Shown in pieces: positions 12,820-27,500 of a stretch of 64,000 nt of DNA. Numbering within the stretch: position 1 is the first letter of the stretch; every line of letters starts with the position of its first letter. The translations under genes and the position numbers were made by a program. Under the pieces are notes generated by a model. That model was not told the origin of the DNA and ran no database searches. It saw nothing but the letters and a program-made list of their open reading frames with translations. The DNA lies in contig JANJGN010000100.1 in NCBI GenBank assembly GCA_026770705.1, positions 372,001 through 436,000 of the forward strand, given 5' to 3'. The stretch is from Isurus oxyrinchus (lineage: Eukaryota).

Positions 12820-13080
12820 ATATCACCCCTCCCTAATTGCCCTTGAGGACTGTGTGGCTTGCTGGGCCATTTCAGGGGGCAGTTAAAAGTCAACCACATT
12901 GCTGTGGGTCCGGAGTCACGTGTAAGCCAAACCAGGTAAGGACGGCAGATTTCCTTCCCGAAAGGGACATTAGTGAACCTGATGGTTTTTGTTTTTAAAG
13001 CTGTGGTTAGTTATAATTGTCCTGGTCACCATGATGGAGACTAGCTTTATAATTCCAGGCTGTATAACCAATTCCAACAT
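12820..13080 (-). mobile_element. SINE sharing its 3' tail with LINE family A (partial)
   Basis: Reverse complement of the TTCACTAATGTCCCTTTCGGGAAGGAAATCTGCCGTCCTTACCTGG...GTGACTCC core also found at 15310-15690. Confidence 0.75.
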
Positions 13081-13619
13081 TACCATGAGGACACTATCTC
13101 CCCCCAACAATTTAAATGTTAGGCACAATAAATCAGCAATATCCGACATTCAATGTCGCTCAGCCCTGTTGACTTTGGCTCTAAGTCAGGGTCACTCCAA
13201 CTCTTACATTAGGGTCTCGCCGATCCCCCACATCGAACACGATGGCCCCTCACCAGGGAAAATGATCGTTCCTGGCTTCAGAGAGAGGCACGAGTGTTAG
13301 GCCAAGTAAGTACAGCAGAAAATCGGTTCATTTTTAAACCTTCGACACACCCTCCTCTTCCCACCTGGAGTCAGTCCCTTATGTCGCCTCTGAAGGCCCT
13401 TCAGCCACTGTCTATGCCAGCTCGCACAGAGCAGTCCCATTCATTCCCATGATATTGTCCGGAAAGTGGCCTCGCCTCAAGAGCCCAATTTCATTCAGAA
13501 ATCAATCATTTCCACTTGGATAACCCTTGGGAGCAGCGAGATCCAGGTCATTACCACTTGCTGTGTCAAAAAACTTATGTCCCCACCTCACCACTCGGCT
13601 GCCATTCCTCACCCAAGAG

Positions 13620-15260
13620 GCAATGGGTACTATAAAAGGTATGGGCCCTGACAATATTCCAGCTATAGTAATGAAGACTTGTGCTCCAGAACTTGCTGCA
13701 CCCCTAGCCAAGCTCTTTCAGTAGATCTAGAACACTGGCATCTACCCGGCTATGTGGAAATTTTGCCCAGTGCGCAAAAAGCAGGACAAATCCGACCCAG
13801 CCAATTGCCACCCCATCAGCCAGCTCTCCATCATCAGTAAAGTAACGGAAGGGGACATCTGTGCTATCAAGGAGCACTTTAGTAATAATCTGCTCACTGA
13901 TGCCCAGTTTGGGTTCTGCCAGGGCGACTCAGCTCCTGACCTCATTACAACCTTAGTTCAAACATGGACAGAAGAGCTGAAATCTCGAGGTGAGGTGCGT
14001 GTGACTGCCCTTGATATCAAGGAGCCCTAGCAAAACTGGAGTCAGTGGGAATTACGGGGAAAATTCTCCGCCGGTTGGAGTCATACCGAGTATAAAGGGA
14101 GATGGCTGTAATTGTTGGAGGTCAGTCAACTCAGCTCCAGGACATCACTGCAGGAGTTCCTCAGGGCAGTGTCCTTGGCCTAATCATCTTCAGCTAATTC
14201 ATCAATGACCGTATTTCCATCATAAGGTCAGAAGTGGGGATGTTCGCTGATGATTGCACAATGTTCAGAATCATTCGTGACTCCTCAGACACTGAAGCAG
14301 TCCATGTCCAAATGCAGCAAGACCTGGACAATATCCAGGCTTGGGCTGACAAGTGGCACGTAACAATCACACCACACAAGTGTCAGGCAATGACCCTGTC
14401 CAACTAAAGGGAACCTAACCATCGTCCCTTGACATTCAATGGGATCACTGTCACTGAATCCCCGACTATCAACATCCTGGCGGTTACCCTTGACCATAAC
14501 CTGAACTGAACTATCCACATAAATACTGTATCTACTAGAGCAGGTCACAGTCTGTGAATCCTGCAGCGAGTTACCCACCTCCTGACTCCCCAAAGCCTGT
14601 CCACCATCTACAAGGCAAAGGTCAGGAGTGTGATGGAATACTCCCCACTTGCCTGCATGAGTGCAGCTCCCACTGCACTCAATACTCTTGACATGACCGA
14701 GGACAAAGCAGCCGGTCGATCGACACCACATCCACAAACACTCATTCCCTCCACGACCGACGCACAGTGGCAGTAGCGTGTACCATCTACAAGATGCACT
14801 GCAGGAACTCACCAAGGATCCTTCGGCAGCACCTTTCAAACCCATCTTGTAGGACAAGGGCAGCAGACACAAGGGAACACCACCTCCTGGAAGTTCCGCT
14901 CCAAGTCACTCACCATCCTCAGTTGGAAATATATAGCCATTCCTTCACGGTCGCTGGGTCAAAATCCCAGAACTACCCAGCAGCATTGTGGGTGCATCTA
15001 CACCACATAGATTGGTTTCATTTGTCTTTTAGTGAAAGAAACCTGCCATCCTCACCTGGCCTACATATGACACCAGATCCACAGCAAGTGTGGTTGACAC
15101 TTTACTGTCCCCTGAAATGACCCTCACAATCAGGGATGGACAGCAAATGCTGACCTTGCTTCAAGGCAGTAGGTCATCACCACCTTCAAGGGCAATTAGG
15201 GATGGGTAATAAATGCTGGCCCGGCCAGTGAAGCCCACATCCTGCAAACAAATAAAAATT
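13620..15260 (+). mobile_element. LINE family A, decayed RT domain through 3' tail
   Basis: GPDNIPAIVMKTCAPELAAPLAKLFQ; KKQDKSDPANCHPISQLSIISKV...DAQFGF...VTALDIK; GVPQGSVLG; MFADD at about 14240. Stops and frameshifts present. Confidence 0.92.
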
Positions 15261-15309
15261 TACCCTGCCTCATGGTTTTGAATTCAACCTCCTCTGAATT
15301 CTACCTGGG

Positions 15310-15690
15310 GCAGATGGAGGATTAGTGGTAACCTCACAGGACTAGTAATCTGAAGAGCCAGGCTAATTCTCATTGGTTCAAATCCCACTACAGCAGTTCG
15401 TGCAATTTAAATTCACCAAGTCTAGAAAACGAAGCTCGTCTCAGAAATGGCGACGATGAAACTCATCGATTGTTGTAAAAACCCATCTGGTTCACTGATG
15501 TCCCTTTCGGGAAGGAAAGCTGCTGTCCTTACCCGGTCTGGCCTACATGTGACTCCAGACCCACCGTAAATGTGGCTGGCTCTTAAATGCCCCAGGAAAT
15601 TTGCCCCAGCAGGCCACTCAGTTCAGTGGCAATTAGGAGTGGACAGAAAATGCTGGCCTTGCCAGTGATGTCCACATACCATAAAGAGAA
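15310..15690 (+). mobile_element. tRNA-headed SINE with LINE-family-A tail
   Basis: TAGTGGTAA...GGTTCAAATCCC head, conserved centre, GGCAATTAGGAGTGGACA...TGCTGGCCTTGCCAGTGATGTCCACAT tail. Further copies near 45690-46060 (+) and 49790-50000 (-). Confidence 0.8.
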
Positions 15691-16819
15691 AGACAGAATA
15701 AAATGGGACACCTGCAAGAGTGCAGTGCTCAGTCCTGCACAGCCCTATTGGGCCTAGGGTGGAGCTTCAATCCGGACATCAGCCTCGGTAGAATACCTCA
15801 TGCTAAAGTGATCATTTAAGGGCCTGACTGACTATTTCACACTAACATTGCACTGAGTAAAGCATTTCAGGATCTAAAGACAAGACACATGGTGGGTACA
15901 TTTCCATGAAAATCTTTAATATTTAGAAAAAATTAAAACATTTCAAAGATTCCAAAATCTCATGTCTCGCAAAAGGCTACAGTGCCCCAGGATGAGCCCA
16001 ACAGTAATGGGAAATGTGGGAACAGGTTCAGGCAGTGAGAGGGAGAGAGCACGTGAGCAATATCAGAAACGCTGGACATTGTCATTCAGACCAGACCATC
16101 GCCATTCAGGTCATTTCAACTGGTCAACTTGACCGGAAATAGAACAAAGGGACAAATGGAGGGCAGAGATTTAACAAACTTTAAAAAATATGAACTGACC
16201 TGGTGACGAATATGAGCCATGAATGCATTAAGGAGAAAGTTTATGGTACTTGGAAAATGCTCGGCTGTTAGCAATATTTGACTGAGAACAGTTTATGTTG
16301 GCGGGCGGATGCCGATGGGGCAGAAGACATTCCATTCTGCATTTCACCAGCAGTCGCCCACGGACAAGTTCAAGCACAAGTGAGTGGTGACGAATTCGAA
16401 GACCATAAGATGGCAGACACATTCGTCCAGGACAAATCGAGGCTCACTGGTCTTCAGATCCTCCTCTTCGCTTGGAATTGGCCCATGTCACTGAAAAAGG
16501 GGAACACGGGTGAGAAAGAGTTCATTCTCAAGGGTGTTGAGATCTGTCAGGCTAACCTCCCATCCCCCTCTGTCTGTCCTACACACGACTGAACCCCCTA
16601 CCCCCAGCGATAGTCAGTTAACTGGAGCTGCGATCCTGATATTCATGTAGTGAGCAGGGAGTGACCAGGCTCTCAGTTTGCTGGTTAATCACACTACAGT
16701 CCCATATCAGAGACTCGTACGTGGAACAGCATTAACCTGCTAACAGGGATGCAACTGCAGTGACGTTAACAACAGTCATAAACCTGAAAGAGTTGTCGAT
16801 TTATTGGTACTTTGGCATA

Positions 16820-17480
16820 TTTAATTCATTTCACAGGATGTGGGCATCACTGGCTAAGCCAGCATTTATTGCCCTTCCCTAGTTGCCCCTTAGAAGTTGG
16901 TGGTGAGCTGCCTTCTCGAGCCGCTGCAGTCCATGTGGTGTAGGTACACCCACAGTGCTGTTCGGAATGGAGTTCCAGGGTTTTGACCCAGCGAAGCGAA
17001 GGAAGGGCAATATATTTCCAAGTCAGGATGGTGAGCGACTTGGAGGGGAATTTCCAGGTGGTGGTGCTCCCATGTGTCTGCTGCCCTTGTCCTTCTAGGT
17101 GGTAATAGTCATGGGTTTGGAAGGTGCTGTCGAAGGGGCCTTGGTGAATTCCTGCAGTGCACCTTGTAGATGGTACACGCTGCTGCTACTGTGCGTCGGT
17201 GGTGGAGGGAGTGAATGTTTGTGGATGAGGTGCCAATCAAGTGGGCTGCTTTGGTGTCAAGATTCTTAAGAGTTTGTGTTTAGGAGAAGCACAAATCCAG
17301 GCAAGAGGAGAATACTCCATCACACTCCTGACTTGTGCCTTTAGATGGTGGACAGGCTCTGGGGAGTCAGGGGGAGAGTTACTCATCGTACAATCCCCAG
17401 CCTCTTTGACTTGCTCTTGTGGCCACAGTATTTATATGGCTAGCCGAGTTTAGTTTCTGGTCAATAGTAACCTCCAGGAT
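16820..17480 (-). mobile_element. LINE family A, 3' portion
   Basis: Highly similar to 6470-7140. Confidence 0.88.
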
Positions 17481-17642
17481 ACTGACAATGCATTTATGAT
17501 ACAAGTACGCTGCAAGTATTCCTGCTGAAGAATTTTAGATAAATGAATTTATTCAATGGCAAAGAGTACCGCATGAATGAATTAAAAGGGTCAAAGCCTC
17601 GTCTCAAATCCGTTTCATTGTCTTGTGATTAAAGTAATGCAA

Positions 17643-17676
17643 CGCTACCCTCTGCTGGCAGCTCACCGCCACTACA
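17643..17676 (-). promoter_or_regulatory. CTCF-like site (upstream motif + core)
   Basis: Minus strand: TGTAGTGGC-6bp-CTGCCAGCAGAGGGTAGCG. Confidence 0.6.
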
Positions 17677-18649
17677 GGCGGTGCTGTTTGCCAGCCTCAG
17701 AGAAGTTCCGTTACTGCATGGTTGCATTTTAAAACATATTGACGAATTATGTATATGGAACAATACTGTGTCGGATTGAAGTTCGCAGCAGGGTTCGCTC
17801 TTTTACCACCTGACGCTGTACATGAACTCTCTCATCATTCCCCATTGGAGGTATTGGCTGGAACTGGTTGTTGGGAGTTATTTCAGACTGCAATGTGCAC
17901 ATTTGGTGCAGTTATCAGACTCTAATCTCATTCAGAATGGGAGTATTTAAACTTTGCTGTATTCTGTAATTCCTCTGCAATACATAGTCAATGTTCAACC
18001 CGACACATTGGATCTTGTTAAAGCTTTTTTACTACTAATGTCTCCAAGATAATGTTCTCCATTTCTCACATTCTTGGTCCAAGGGGGAAAATTATATATA
18101 TCAAACACAAACAATATATGGGAGAGAATTTATTTTCACATCTTTAAAGCCTGGTCGGAGAATCTAAAACACGGGGAATGGTCTCAGGATAAGGGGCCGA
18201 ACATTTTGGTCTGAGATGAGGAGGAATTACTTCACTCAAAGTGTTGTGAACCTTTGGAATTCTCTACCCCAGAGAGATCTGGATTCTCCATCCACTTTAG
18301 TTCGGGATAGGCAGGGTTACAGTGTCTCGGGGATTTAAGGGATATGGGCAAAGGGCGGAAACAAGGAGTTGCACGACAGAGCAGATCGACGGCCATTCCG
18401 CCTACTCCTGCTCCTATTCTTGTGTTCCTGTAAGAACCAATGTTAACAGCTTCCACGCTTTCGAGAGTCTGATCCATAGATCGAACACCCTGTGGAATAT
18501 TAACCTGAACTTTCCAGGTCCATTAGAGGCAGGCTGGTAGGTGGCAAGGCTGGCACTATGCCGGGGAAGGCGTCAGGAAGCGTGGAGAGAGGGAATCTGT
18601 GTCCGTCCCAGGGCCTCGTTTGCTTTGCTCATTGTTGAGAGATTATCAA

Positions 18650-19640
18650 CTCTTGTCAGTCAGAAACCAGTTTTTATTCTTTTACCATACAGGTTATTTT
18701 TTCCATATGTGATTTTTCCTTCCTTAATTCCTTATCTCCATGTGACAAATTTTGAATTCCCTCCGAGGAATGCTATCCATTGCCTTTCTGCCCATTTTTC
18801 ACGTATTTAAATCCGCCCATAGCTTACCCTGATCAGATGTGCACCTGTGATCTTCAGTAGCCTTTTCCCTCGCTGCAGTTGTAAGCATTGATCTTCTGGC
18901 TTCATTTATTATCATCTAAAACTAATGCGGAATGAAACAGAACAATATGGGATCCCAGCGTTCATATTCTTCCAGTCCGAATACAATCTCTGTATCATTA
19001 CAATCTGGAATCTATCAATCAACTAATTCCGATTCCCTTGCAGTCCTCCCTCTGATTGTGGCGATATTTCTTCCAGAGTCCCATCCTTTCCAGAGGAACT
19101 GTTTAGAAAGCCGACAGGAATCCAAATGCATCACATCCACTGTCTCTCATGCCCCATGAAGCTCGTTTTGCTCACGTTCAAAGTGATCAGTCAGCTCGAT
19201 AAGCGAGTCCTTTCCTTCATGGACACTTACTGGCTGCAATGAAAGGTTCTCCTTCTCTCCACATGCTCCATAAACTTTCCTTTCTTACGGGTTTACGAGG
19301 GGTAACTCATGGTCTGTGATTTCCTGATTCACTTTTGCGAACATTTTACCAAAGAACAATAAACGCTGCATTTTATTTTATCTGTTCACCAGGCATCTTT
19401 GCAGAATTCAATCATTTTTCACAGATTTATGACTGAGAACCTGCATATTTTTGCTTAATTTCGTAAAAACCCTCGGCTGCATCGTATCTGGGCCGTGGAT
19501 TGATTCAGCTGGATTTCCACAGCTCTTCATCAACCATGCTGGTGCTAACGTAATACATGTAACGATTTACCACTGAAATCTTATGATCTCACTTGCGGAT
19601 CAAATGTATATATTAACTGTTCCCTCTTTCATAGAAGATG
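18650..19640 (-). mobile_element. Very old CR1 RT fragment
   Basis: Minus strand near 19110-19230 resembles SQHGFxKGRSCLTxL...VDVMHLD..AF. Confidence 0.55.
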
Positions 19641-20211
19641 AAACAAAAATACATATTTAACGCAATTATAGCCCGGCTAGCATCAGTTGTGTTGCCCTTA
19701 CTCGAGCATATTTTCGCACTCCACCTCTGTTATTTTCTTGTAACAACAACAAAAATATATTATCGTTTTCATCCCTTGCCATACGCTGTTTGAAAGGAGT
19801 TTTGTTAAAGTTGTCCTGAATCATGATGGTCTGGACAGAGTAGGCACGGAGAAATAGTTCCCAATGTTGGAAGATTCGAGAACAAGTGGGCAGATTTAAG
19901 ATAATCAGGAAAAGAAGCAACGGCGACATTTAAAAATAAACTTTTTTTCGCGCAGTGAGTGATTAGGGTTTGGAATGGACAGGCTGAGAGTGTGGTGGAG
20001 GCAGAGCAATTGATGCTTTCAAAAATAAATTGCATCATTTTCGGAAAAGAGAAAAATGCTGGACGAGGGGGAAAACAGTGGAACTAGGTCAATTGCTCCT
20101 TTAGAGGGTTAGCATGGGCCAGACAAATGGCCTCTTAGTTTTCTGTAAGAATTCTTCGATTCTATGATTGATGTCAGAAACAGTAAATTAAATCAGCATT
20201 TTCACAGCATC

Positions 20212-20245
20212 TGCAATAGCAAGATTTGTCCAGCAGATGGAACCG
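20212..20245 (+). promoter_or_regulatory. CTCF-like site heading a minisatellite arm (20270-20730) truncated by CR1
   Basis: TGCAATAGC-6bp-TGTCCAGCAGATGGAACCG; the core 3' end deviates from consensus. Confidence 0.5.
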
Positions 20246-20729
20246 AAACCATGATTGTTCAAATTGCGTGAGGCAGGCATTTCTCAATGGTTGCTGCATT
20301 GGCCCTGTCTCCACTCATATCAAACTGGACCCCGTGCCTGTTTAAATAACACTAGGTCATGTCATTGATTATATTAGAGGAGGTTGTGTCTCACTTATTT
20401 CTGTATTCGGCCCAATCTCTGCTGTCAGCTTACTCAACCAAGGCCCTCTTTCTGTTCTGTGAGACACTCTGAGTTATTACTGCACGGAACCAAGCCTCAG
20501 CTAACATGACAAAACGCCATGTCCCAATTGTTATTTCCTTGTACAATGTCCCCCTTTGTATTAAACTGGAACATGTGCCTATTTGCATTGCACGAGGCTT
20601 TCCCTCAGTTATTACTTGAGTTGACCCTGCCATGTTTATATTAAGCTAGAAGAGATCACAGTGAATGCTGCACAAGTCCATGTTCTGTTTATATAACACG
20701 ATGCCCTGTCTCTGTTGTTAGTGCTGACA

Positions 20730-21350
20730 GGCTGGTTAATAAAGCATATGGTATCTGAGGCTTTATATATTGGGGCACAAAGTTCAAAATCAAAGAGTTT
20801 TTCGAACACAGTTTAAGTCTCAACATGAGCATTTGCGTCCAGTTCTGGACACCACACTTTAGGAAAAGTGTGAACGTATCAGTGAGAGAGTAGGAAAGAT
20901 TCACGAGAATGGTTCCAGGGATGGAGACATTCAGTTAAACTGGTAGAGTAGAGGAATTGGTACTGCTTTCCATAGAGGAGAAAAGGTTGAGGCAGAAGTT
21001 ATAGATGTATTCAAAATCTAGATGGGTCTGGACAGAGTTGAAAGTAGAAAACGGTCCAATTGGTGGAAGGATCGAGAACCAAGGGGCACAGATTTAAGGT
21101 AATTGGGAAAATAAGCATTAGCGGCATGAGGAAACGCTTTTGTTCATGCAGCTAGTGTTTAGGACCTTGAATGGACTGCGTGAGGATGTGGTGGAGGCCG
21201 TGACAATCGAGTCATTTAAAATGGGATTGGATAATTATATGAAAAGGAGGAAAACATCTGGCCTACGGGGAGCAGACAGAGGGTGGCAGGAGATGAATTA
21301 ATCCTTCACAAGACAAGAACAGTAAGAACGAACGGAATGGCCTTTAAGTA
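20730..21350 (+). mobile_element. CR1 LINE 3' fragment
   Basis: ...CVQFWTPHFRK...RFTRMVPGM... and a CR1-type 3' UTR. Confidence 0.8.
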
Positions 21351-21989
21351 GTGATAATACTACGAATATTATATGGTTTTATGTTGATACGAAATAGTAT
21401 TTATGTTATCTTTACAGCTCAGTTTGAGTTTCTGCTATTGAGGCTATATAGCTTTTAGGCTGGGAGCAGGAAGCGGTGTTATTGCCTTAATTACTTTAAG
21501 GTACAGAGAAGCTTAGGTTCTATGAATTATATTTGTTTTATTTGAATTGTGCAATTGAGGGATTCTTTGTCAGTTTCAAAGGGATAAACAAAAAAGGTGA
21601 ATTCAGCAGCTTTAACTTAACACGACACCTCATCTTAAAACTAAACGATCTATGACTTGGTTCAATTGATGAACCATATCCATAAAGCAGAAGGAGGGCA
21701 GCCTTTGTCTTGACATAACTGTAGGAAGGTGTTATTAACATTTACTAATAATGTATTGTATCTCTGGTATGGTGCTAAAACACGTATTGACGTGGCTATA
21801 TACGATAAGTTGTATTGTTGATAAGAAGATGTAACATTGTTTGCAATAGCTCTGTATTTACAAGGGTGCGTTATTTGCTCACAACTGAATATACATCCCG
21901 GAGCCCAGGGAATAAGAGATACAGATTTGTCTTCAGTGTTCATGGCTTTAGACACAGAGATGAAGTGACACCAAATGAGCCTCACCCCA

Positions 21990-24365
21990 AGCCAATGAAA
22001 GAGGTTAATTTTGATTCTTTCCAAATAAGAGCACATCCACAAATAAAGAAGTACGATTTGACAGCCATTGCAGACATGGCTGCAGGAGGACATGGATTGG
22101 GACTTGAATATCAAAGGGCATTTTGGAAGGAAATGAAGAGAAGAAATGGCGGAGGGGTGGCGCTGCTAGTTAATGATGGCTTAGCAGAATAGAGAGGGAT
22201 GACCCAAACTGATCAAACCAGGATGTGCAATCACTTTGGATAGAGGTGGAAAATGGGAAAGTAAAGACAGCGCTTGTTGGAGTCGTATGCAGGCCTCCTA
22301 ATAGTAACCACATGGTAACATGAAGGAAGAAATAATGGGAGCATGTCGGAAAGGCACGACCGTAATCACGGGAGCTTTCAAACTACGTATGGACTGGAAA
22401 AGTCAGATGGGTAAAGGTAGCCCAGATGTGGAGCTGATCGAATGTTTCCGGGATTGTTTCTTAGTTTTAGAGCCAACTAGAAAGCAGGCTATACCAGACC
22501 TAGCATTGTGCAATGAGATGGATTTAATTAATGACCTCATGGTGAAGGCAGCCCTCGGTAGTACTGACTATCGTATGATTGAAATTTACATTCTGTTTGA
22601 GGGAGAGAGGAGTGGGTCCGAGACTGTACTTTTAAGACTGAATGAGGGAAATTATGAGGGCATAAAAGCAGAACTGACTAAAGTGAATTGGCAAATTAAG
22701 TTAAGGGATAGGTTCATTGCGAAGTAATGGTTTTAATTTTAGGGGATATATCAAGATACACAGGATATATACAATCCAGCGAGTACAAATAAGGTCCAGG
22801 GGACAACAGATAGTAAGAGCTTCCATGAATATATTTTTGTAAAGAGACGAGTTATTGAAGTGAGCGTTCGCACCAGAGAAAGTGAGTCTGAAGAATTGTT
22901 AATGGAAACCACGGAAATGGCAGATGAATCGAACAGGTACTTTGCATCAGTAGTTAGTACAGAGGAAACAATTAACATTCCAGAGGCAGCAGTAAATCAG
23001 GAAATGGAAGGTAGGGAGGAACTCAGGAAAATTACAATCACCAGAGAAGTGGTACTGAGTAAATAGTTGGAGCTGCGGGCTGACAACTGCCCGGGTCCTG
23101 ATGGACTTCATCCTGGGGTCTGAAAAAAAGTGGCTCGTGAGATAGTTGAGGAATTGCTTTAATGTTTTTCCAAGCTCACTAGATTCAGCGGATGTCCCTT
23201 TAGTTTGGGATAGAAAACAGAAGGAGACAGGAAGCGGGAAACTGCAGGCCAGTTAGCTTGACATCTGTTATGGGGAAAAAGTTAGAAGCTACTATGAAAA
23301 AAGCTGTAGCAGACAACTTTGACAAGTTCAAGGTAATCAGGGAGAACCAGCATGATTTTGAGGAAGTAACATGGGCTGTGGATAAATGGTAACCGATGGA
23401 TATACTGCAGTAAGGTTGGCAGAAGGCATTTGATTATGTGCCATATCAAAGGTTATTACGGAAGACAAAAGCCCATGATATATAGGGAAACTTATTAGTA
23501 TGGATAGAAGATTGGCTGGCTAACAGGAATAAATGGAATTTTCAGGTTGGCAAGGTGTAACGAGTAGTGTGCCAAAGGACTCAGTGCTAGGACCTCAACT
23601 CTTTACAATTTATATAAATGAGTTGCATGAAGGGATGGAAGGGATGGTTGCCAAATTTGCTGATGACACAAAGATTGGTAGGAAAGTAAGTTGTGAAGAG
23701 GATATAAGGAGGCTACAAAAAGACATAGATAAAGAGAGTGGGCAAAGGTCTGGCTAACGGAGTATAATATTGGAAATTTGAAATTGTCCATTTTGGCAGG
23801 AAGAATAAAAGAGAAGCATATTATCTAAATGGTGAGAGATTGCAGAGCTCTGAGATTCAGTGATCTGGATGTCTTAGTGTGTGAATCATTAAAGGCTAGT
23901 ATGCAGGTACAGCAAGTAATTAGTAAATAGAAAGTTATCATTGATTGCAAAAGGAATTGAATTTAAAAATAGGGATGTTATGCTCCGGTTATACAAAGCA
24001 CTAGTGAGACCACATCTGGAGTACTGTGTGCAATTTTGGTCACCTTGTTTAAGGAAGGATGTAAATGCGTTAGAATCAGTTCAGAGAAGGTTTCACAGAT
24101 TCATAACTGGAATGGGTGGATTGTTTTATGAGGAACAATTAGACAGGCTAGGCTGGAGTTTAGGAGAGTAACAGGCGACTTGGTTGAAACATGTAAGATC
24201 CTGGAGGTCCTTGACAGGGTGGGTGTACAGAAGATGTTTCCTGTTATTGGATAACCTGGAACTAGTGGTCACTGTTTAAAAATTAGGGGCTACTCATTTC
24301 AACCATAAATGGGACGATTTTCCTTTATCTCTTTGGGTTTTGAGTATTTGGAACTCTCTTCCTGA
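21990..24365 (+). mobile_element. Decayed CR1 LINE ORF2 (endonuclease + RT)
   Basis: GGGVALLV, RPPNS, EPTRKQAIPDLALCNE (endonuclease); PGPDGLHP; SVPKDSVLGPQLFTIYINEL...KFADDTKIG; LYKALVRPHLEYCVQFWSP. Confidence 0.93.
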
Positions 24366-24589
24366 AAATATTGCTTAATAAATTTTACCTGATCCATAAA
24401 TACCATTTATTGGGAACTTGTTCGGTCAGGCACAATTGAATACTCCATTATTATTTAATCAAGAATTCGGAACGTAGATATTTTAACTAAAATGTTTTTA
24501 TATCTCAAAATCTCCTAAGCTTTACAGGCCTCCTTCTGTGCTGCAAGCATTCCATGATTCAATGATTTATATTTTTATCAATGACCTCA

Positions 24590-27500
24590 CAAGCATTAAC
24601 TGAAATTGGCATTTAAACGGCAGTGATAATAGCAACGTGTGTCCAGCAGATGGCAGTGAAGCCGAGGTACTTTACATTAAACAGGCATTCTCTCAATTGT
24701 TACCGAAACGGACGCTATCTCTGTTCACATTAAACTAGACTCCGTCTCTGATCATATCACAGGGTCATATTTCTGATGATTTTACAGCAGGTCATGTCTA
24801 TTTGTTTCCTTACTCAGCCCAATCTCTGCTATTGATATACCTGATCCGGGCCCTCTTTGTATTATATCAAACCTTCTCTCAGTTATGACTGCACTGAATC
24901 ATCTCTCGGCTAACATGACATTAGGTCATGTCTCAGTGGTTACTGAACTAGGCCCTGTCTCTTTTAATACTAAACCAGAACATGTTCATGGTTGCATCAC
25001 ACGAGGCTGTGTCTCAGTTTTTACTCTGCCACGTTTATACTGAACTTGACAATTTCACAGTTAATGCTGCGCATATAAATTTCTGTTTATATCACACAAT
25101 GTCCCTTCTCTGTTACTATTGTACTATACCATGTCTCTCTCATTGCCGCACTTGTCCAGGTTTCTATTGGTATTAATCTAGGTACTTGGCTGGGAGTGAT
25201 TGCACTAGGTCTTATTTTAATTGATATTGCACAAGGTCCTTTATCAAGTTAAACTGCACTAGACCCTGTGTCAGTTTCTTTACACTAGATTCTGTCTCCT
25301 TTATTACTTCGTCAGTCCATGTCTCTGCTCAAATTACACACGCTACTGCCTCTTCAATTCCTGCACCCAGCACTGCCTCACTTTATAATCCACGAGATCG
25401 CATTTCTATTTACGTTACACTAGACCATCTCTCTGTTCATGTCAGTCTAGGTCATGTCTCTGCTGACATTCCGCTGGACGTTTCCTTGCATGTGTTAATA
25501 TAAAAATAGACCCTGTCTTTTTGTATGCAGTGCAGACCATGCCTGTGATTATTTTACACAAGGCCACGTCTATTACTAATACGCTGGACCTTGTCTCAGT
25601 AATTATTAAACTTGACCCAGTTTTCTTTTCAATTATTGGAGATGTTGTATCAATATTTGGTGCACTCTGCCCTGTCTCAGTATTACTGCACCTGACCCTG
25701 TCTCGGTTTATATCCAAATGGATCCTTTCATAATATTACACCAGTTCCTGCCTCAGTTATATCAGTGCTTGGCCCCATCTCAGTTGTTCTGGAACTATAC
25801 CATGTCTCTTTTTGTATTACATACGGCAAAGTCACAGTTCTTACTGCGCTGGACTAATGGTCCCTATACACAGCACTAAGCTTTATTTTAGTTGTTGCTG
25901 CACTACTCCATGTCTCTGCTTATATTACGGTAGCCCTATCTCTGATGCCTCATAAGTTACAGAAGATGCAGTCGCAGTTATTATTGCACTAGACTCTGCC
26001 TTTTTAATGCTAAACTGGACCCCTTTTCAGTTTATATTGCACTAGTCCTGATCTCTATTATTACTTCAGAAAACAATTTCTTAGCTTAAATTAAGCTAAT
26101 CCAGCCTGAGTTATTACTGCGCTAGGCTGTGTCTATGTGAACTAGAGAGATACTATAAATAAAGGTAATGAGCTAGAAAATGGTCCCTGGCCTTGGCTAA
26201 AGATGGGCGGCATGAGATGGGCGGCCAATTCAGCGCCTGATATTCAGTTTCATTATAGTTGACAGTATCACTGATCATATGCCACCTGTTCTGTTTGTTT
26301 TCATGAAGAGAATAATTCTTCACACTTGCACTGTAATTCCTCGAATATAAATAATTTACTTTCACCATTGTTTGGCATTTCATGTTCTCTTCTTCAAATT
26401 GTGGCTGCCGATCTTTTAATGCAGAAAAAAAATATTGGTCCCATTTTCTACTCTGTGCCATTGTATAGAAAGTCATGGCATACATCGTTACTAAGATGAA
26501 GGTGCCAATTACCAATCTGTCGCTCGCCCTTCTATCTGATGCAGCGCATAAGTCACTGTCTTCTGTTTGCCTGTCTGTCCGTTTCTCTCTCTCTCTCCCT
26601 CACACACACGCACACACACACCTCACGGTCTTTCTGCAACTTCAGTGAATGTGTTAACACCCCAAAAAGAACAATTCATGCATTTCAACTGAAGATCGTT
26701 TAATATTGTAATTATTTATTAATAACCATTCTGCTGTGTGCTCTTGTTTATAAAGTGATTTCAGACTGTTTATGTCATTACCCAGCTAGAGTTATCTGCC
26801 TCAGGTGATCAGATGGAATGTGGATTACATCACCTCGAGAATAAGGACAGCTTATTGGCAAATGATCACATCAGCATCTCACAGAAGTTCCTGTCTATAC
26901 AGTGAGTCTGTGATCATTTGTGGAAGCAAAATGGACAAATTGAAACTGTACCTGTTGTGAGGTTAATATAACTGTAATTCTATGGTTTATTACTCCTAGG
27001 GATGGAAAGGGTTGAAACATTCCTTGATCTCCAGGGAATTTTCAACCTTTGAGTGTAACTTCCACTCTTTCCACTACAACTGCACTAATCCTTTTTGCAC
27101 TGAATATTCTGCTTCTATGCTGTATGTTCCATGTAATGACTCAGGCTCTTTGTAGCATAAACAGATGCAGGGTCGATGTATTACAAACAGATATATGGGC
27201 TGGTGCAGTATTAACAAAGCTAGGGCCTGTTGTAATGGAAACAGAGATAATCTAGTGCGGTGATAACAGAGACAGGACCCGGTGTAATATAAGCAAAGAT
27301 ATGTACTACTGCATTAATAGCAGAGATAGGTCCTAGTGTAAAGATAGAAGAAATAAGTCTTTGTTTAATCACAATGGATACAATACTTTGCACAATGATA
27401 TCCAATTTATCGCTAAGTGATTACTGTCAAATTTATTAATGTTAGGAACATGTTACTGTTGAAAATAGACGGGAACAATGTTCCCATAGTAAGAGCAGAG

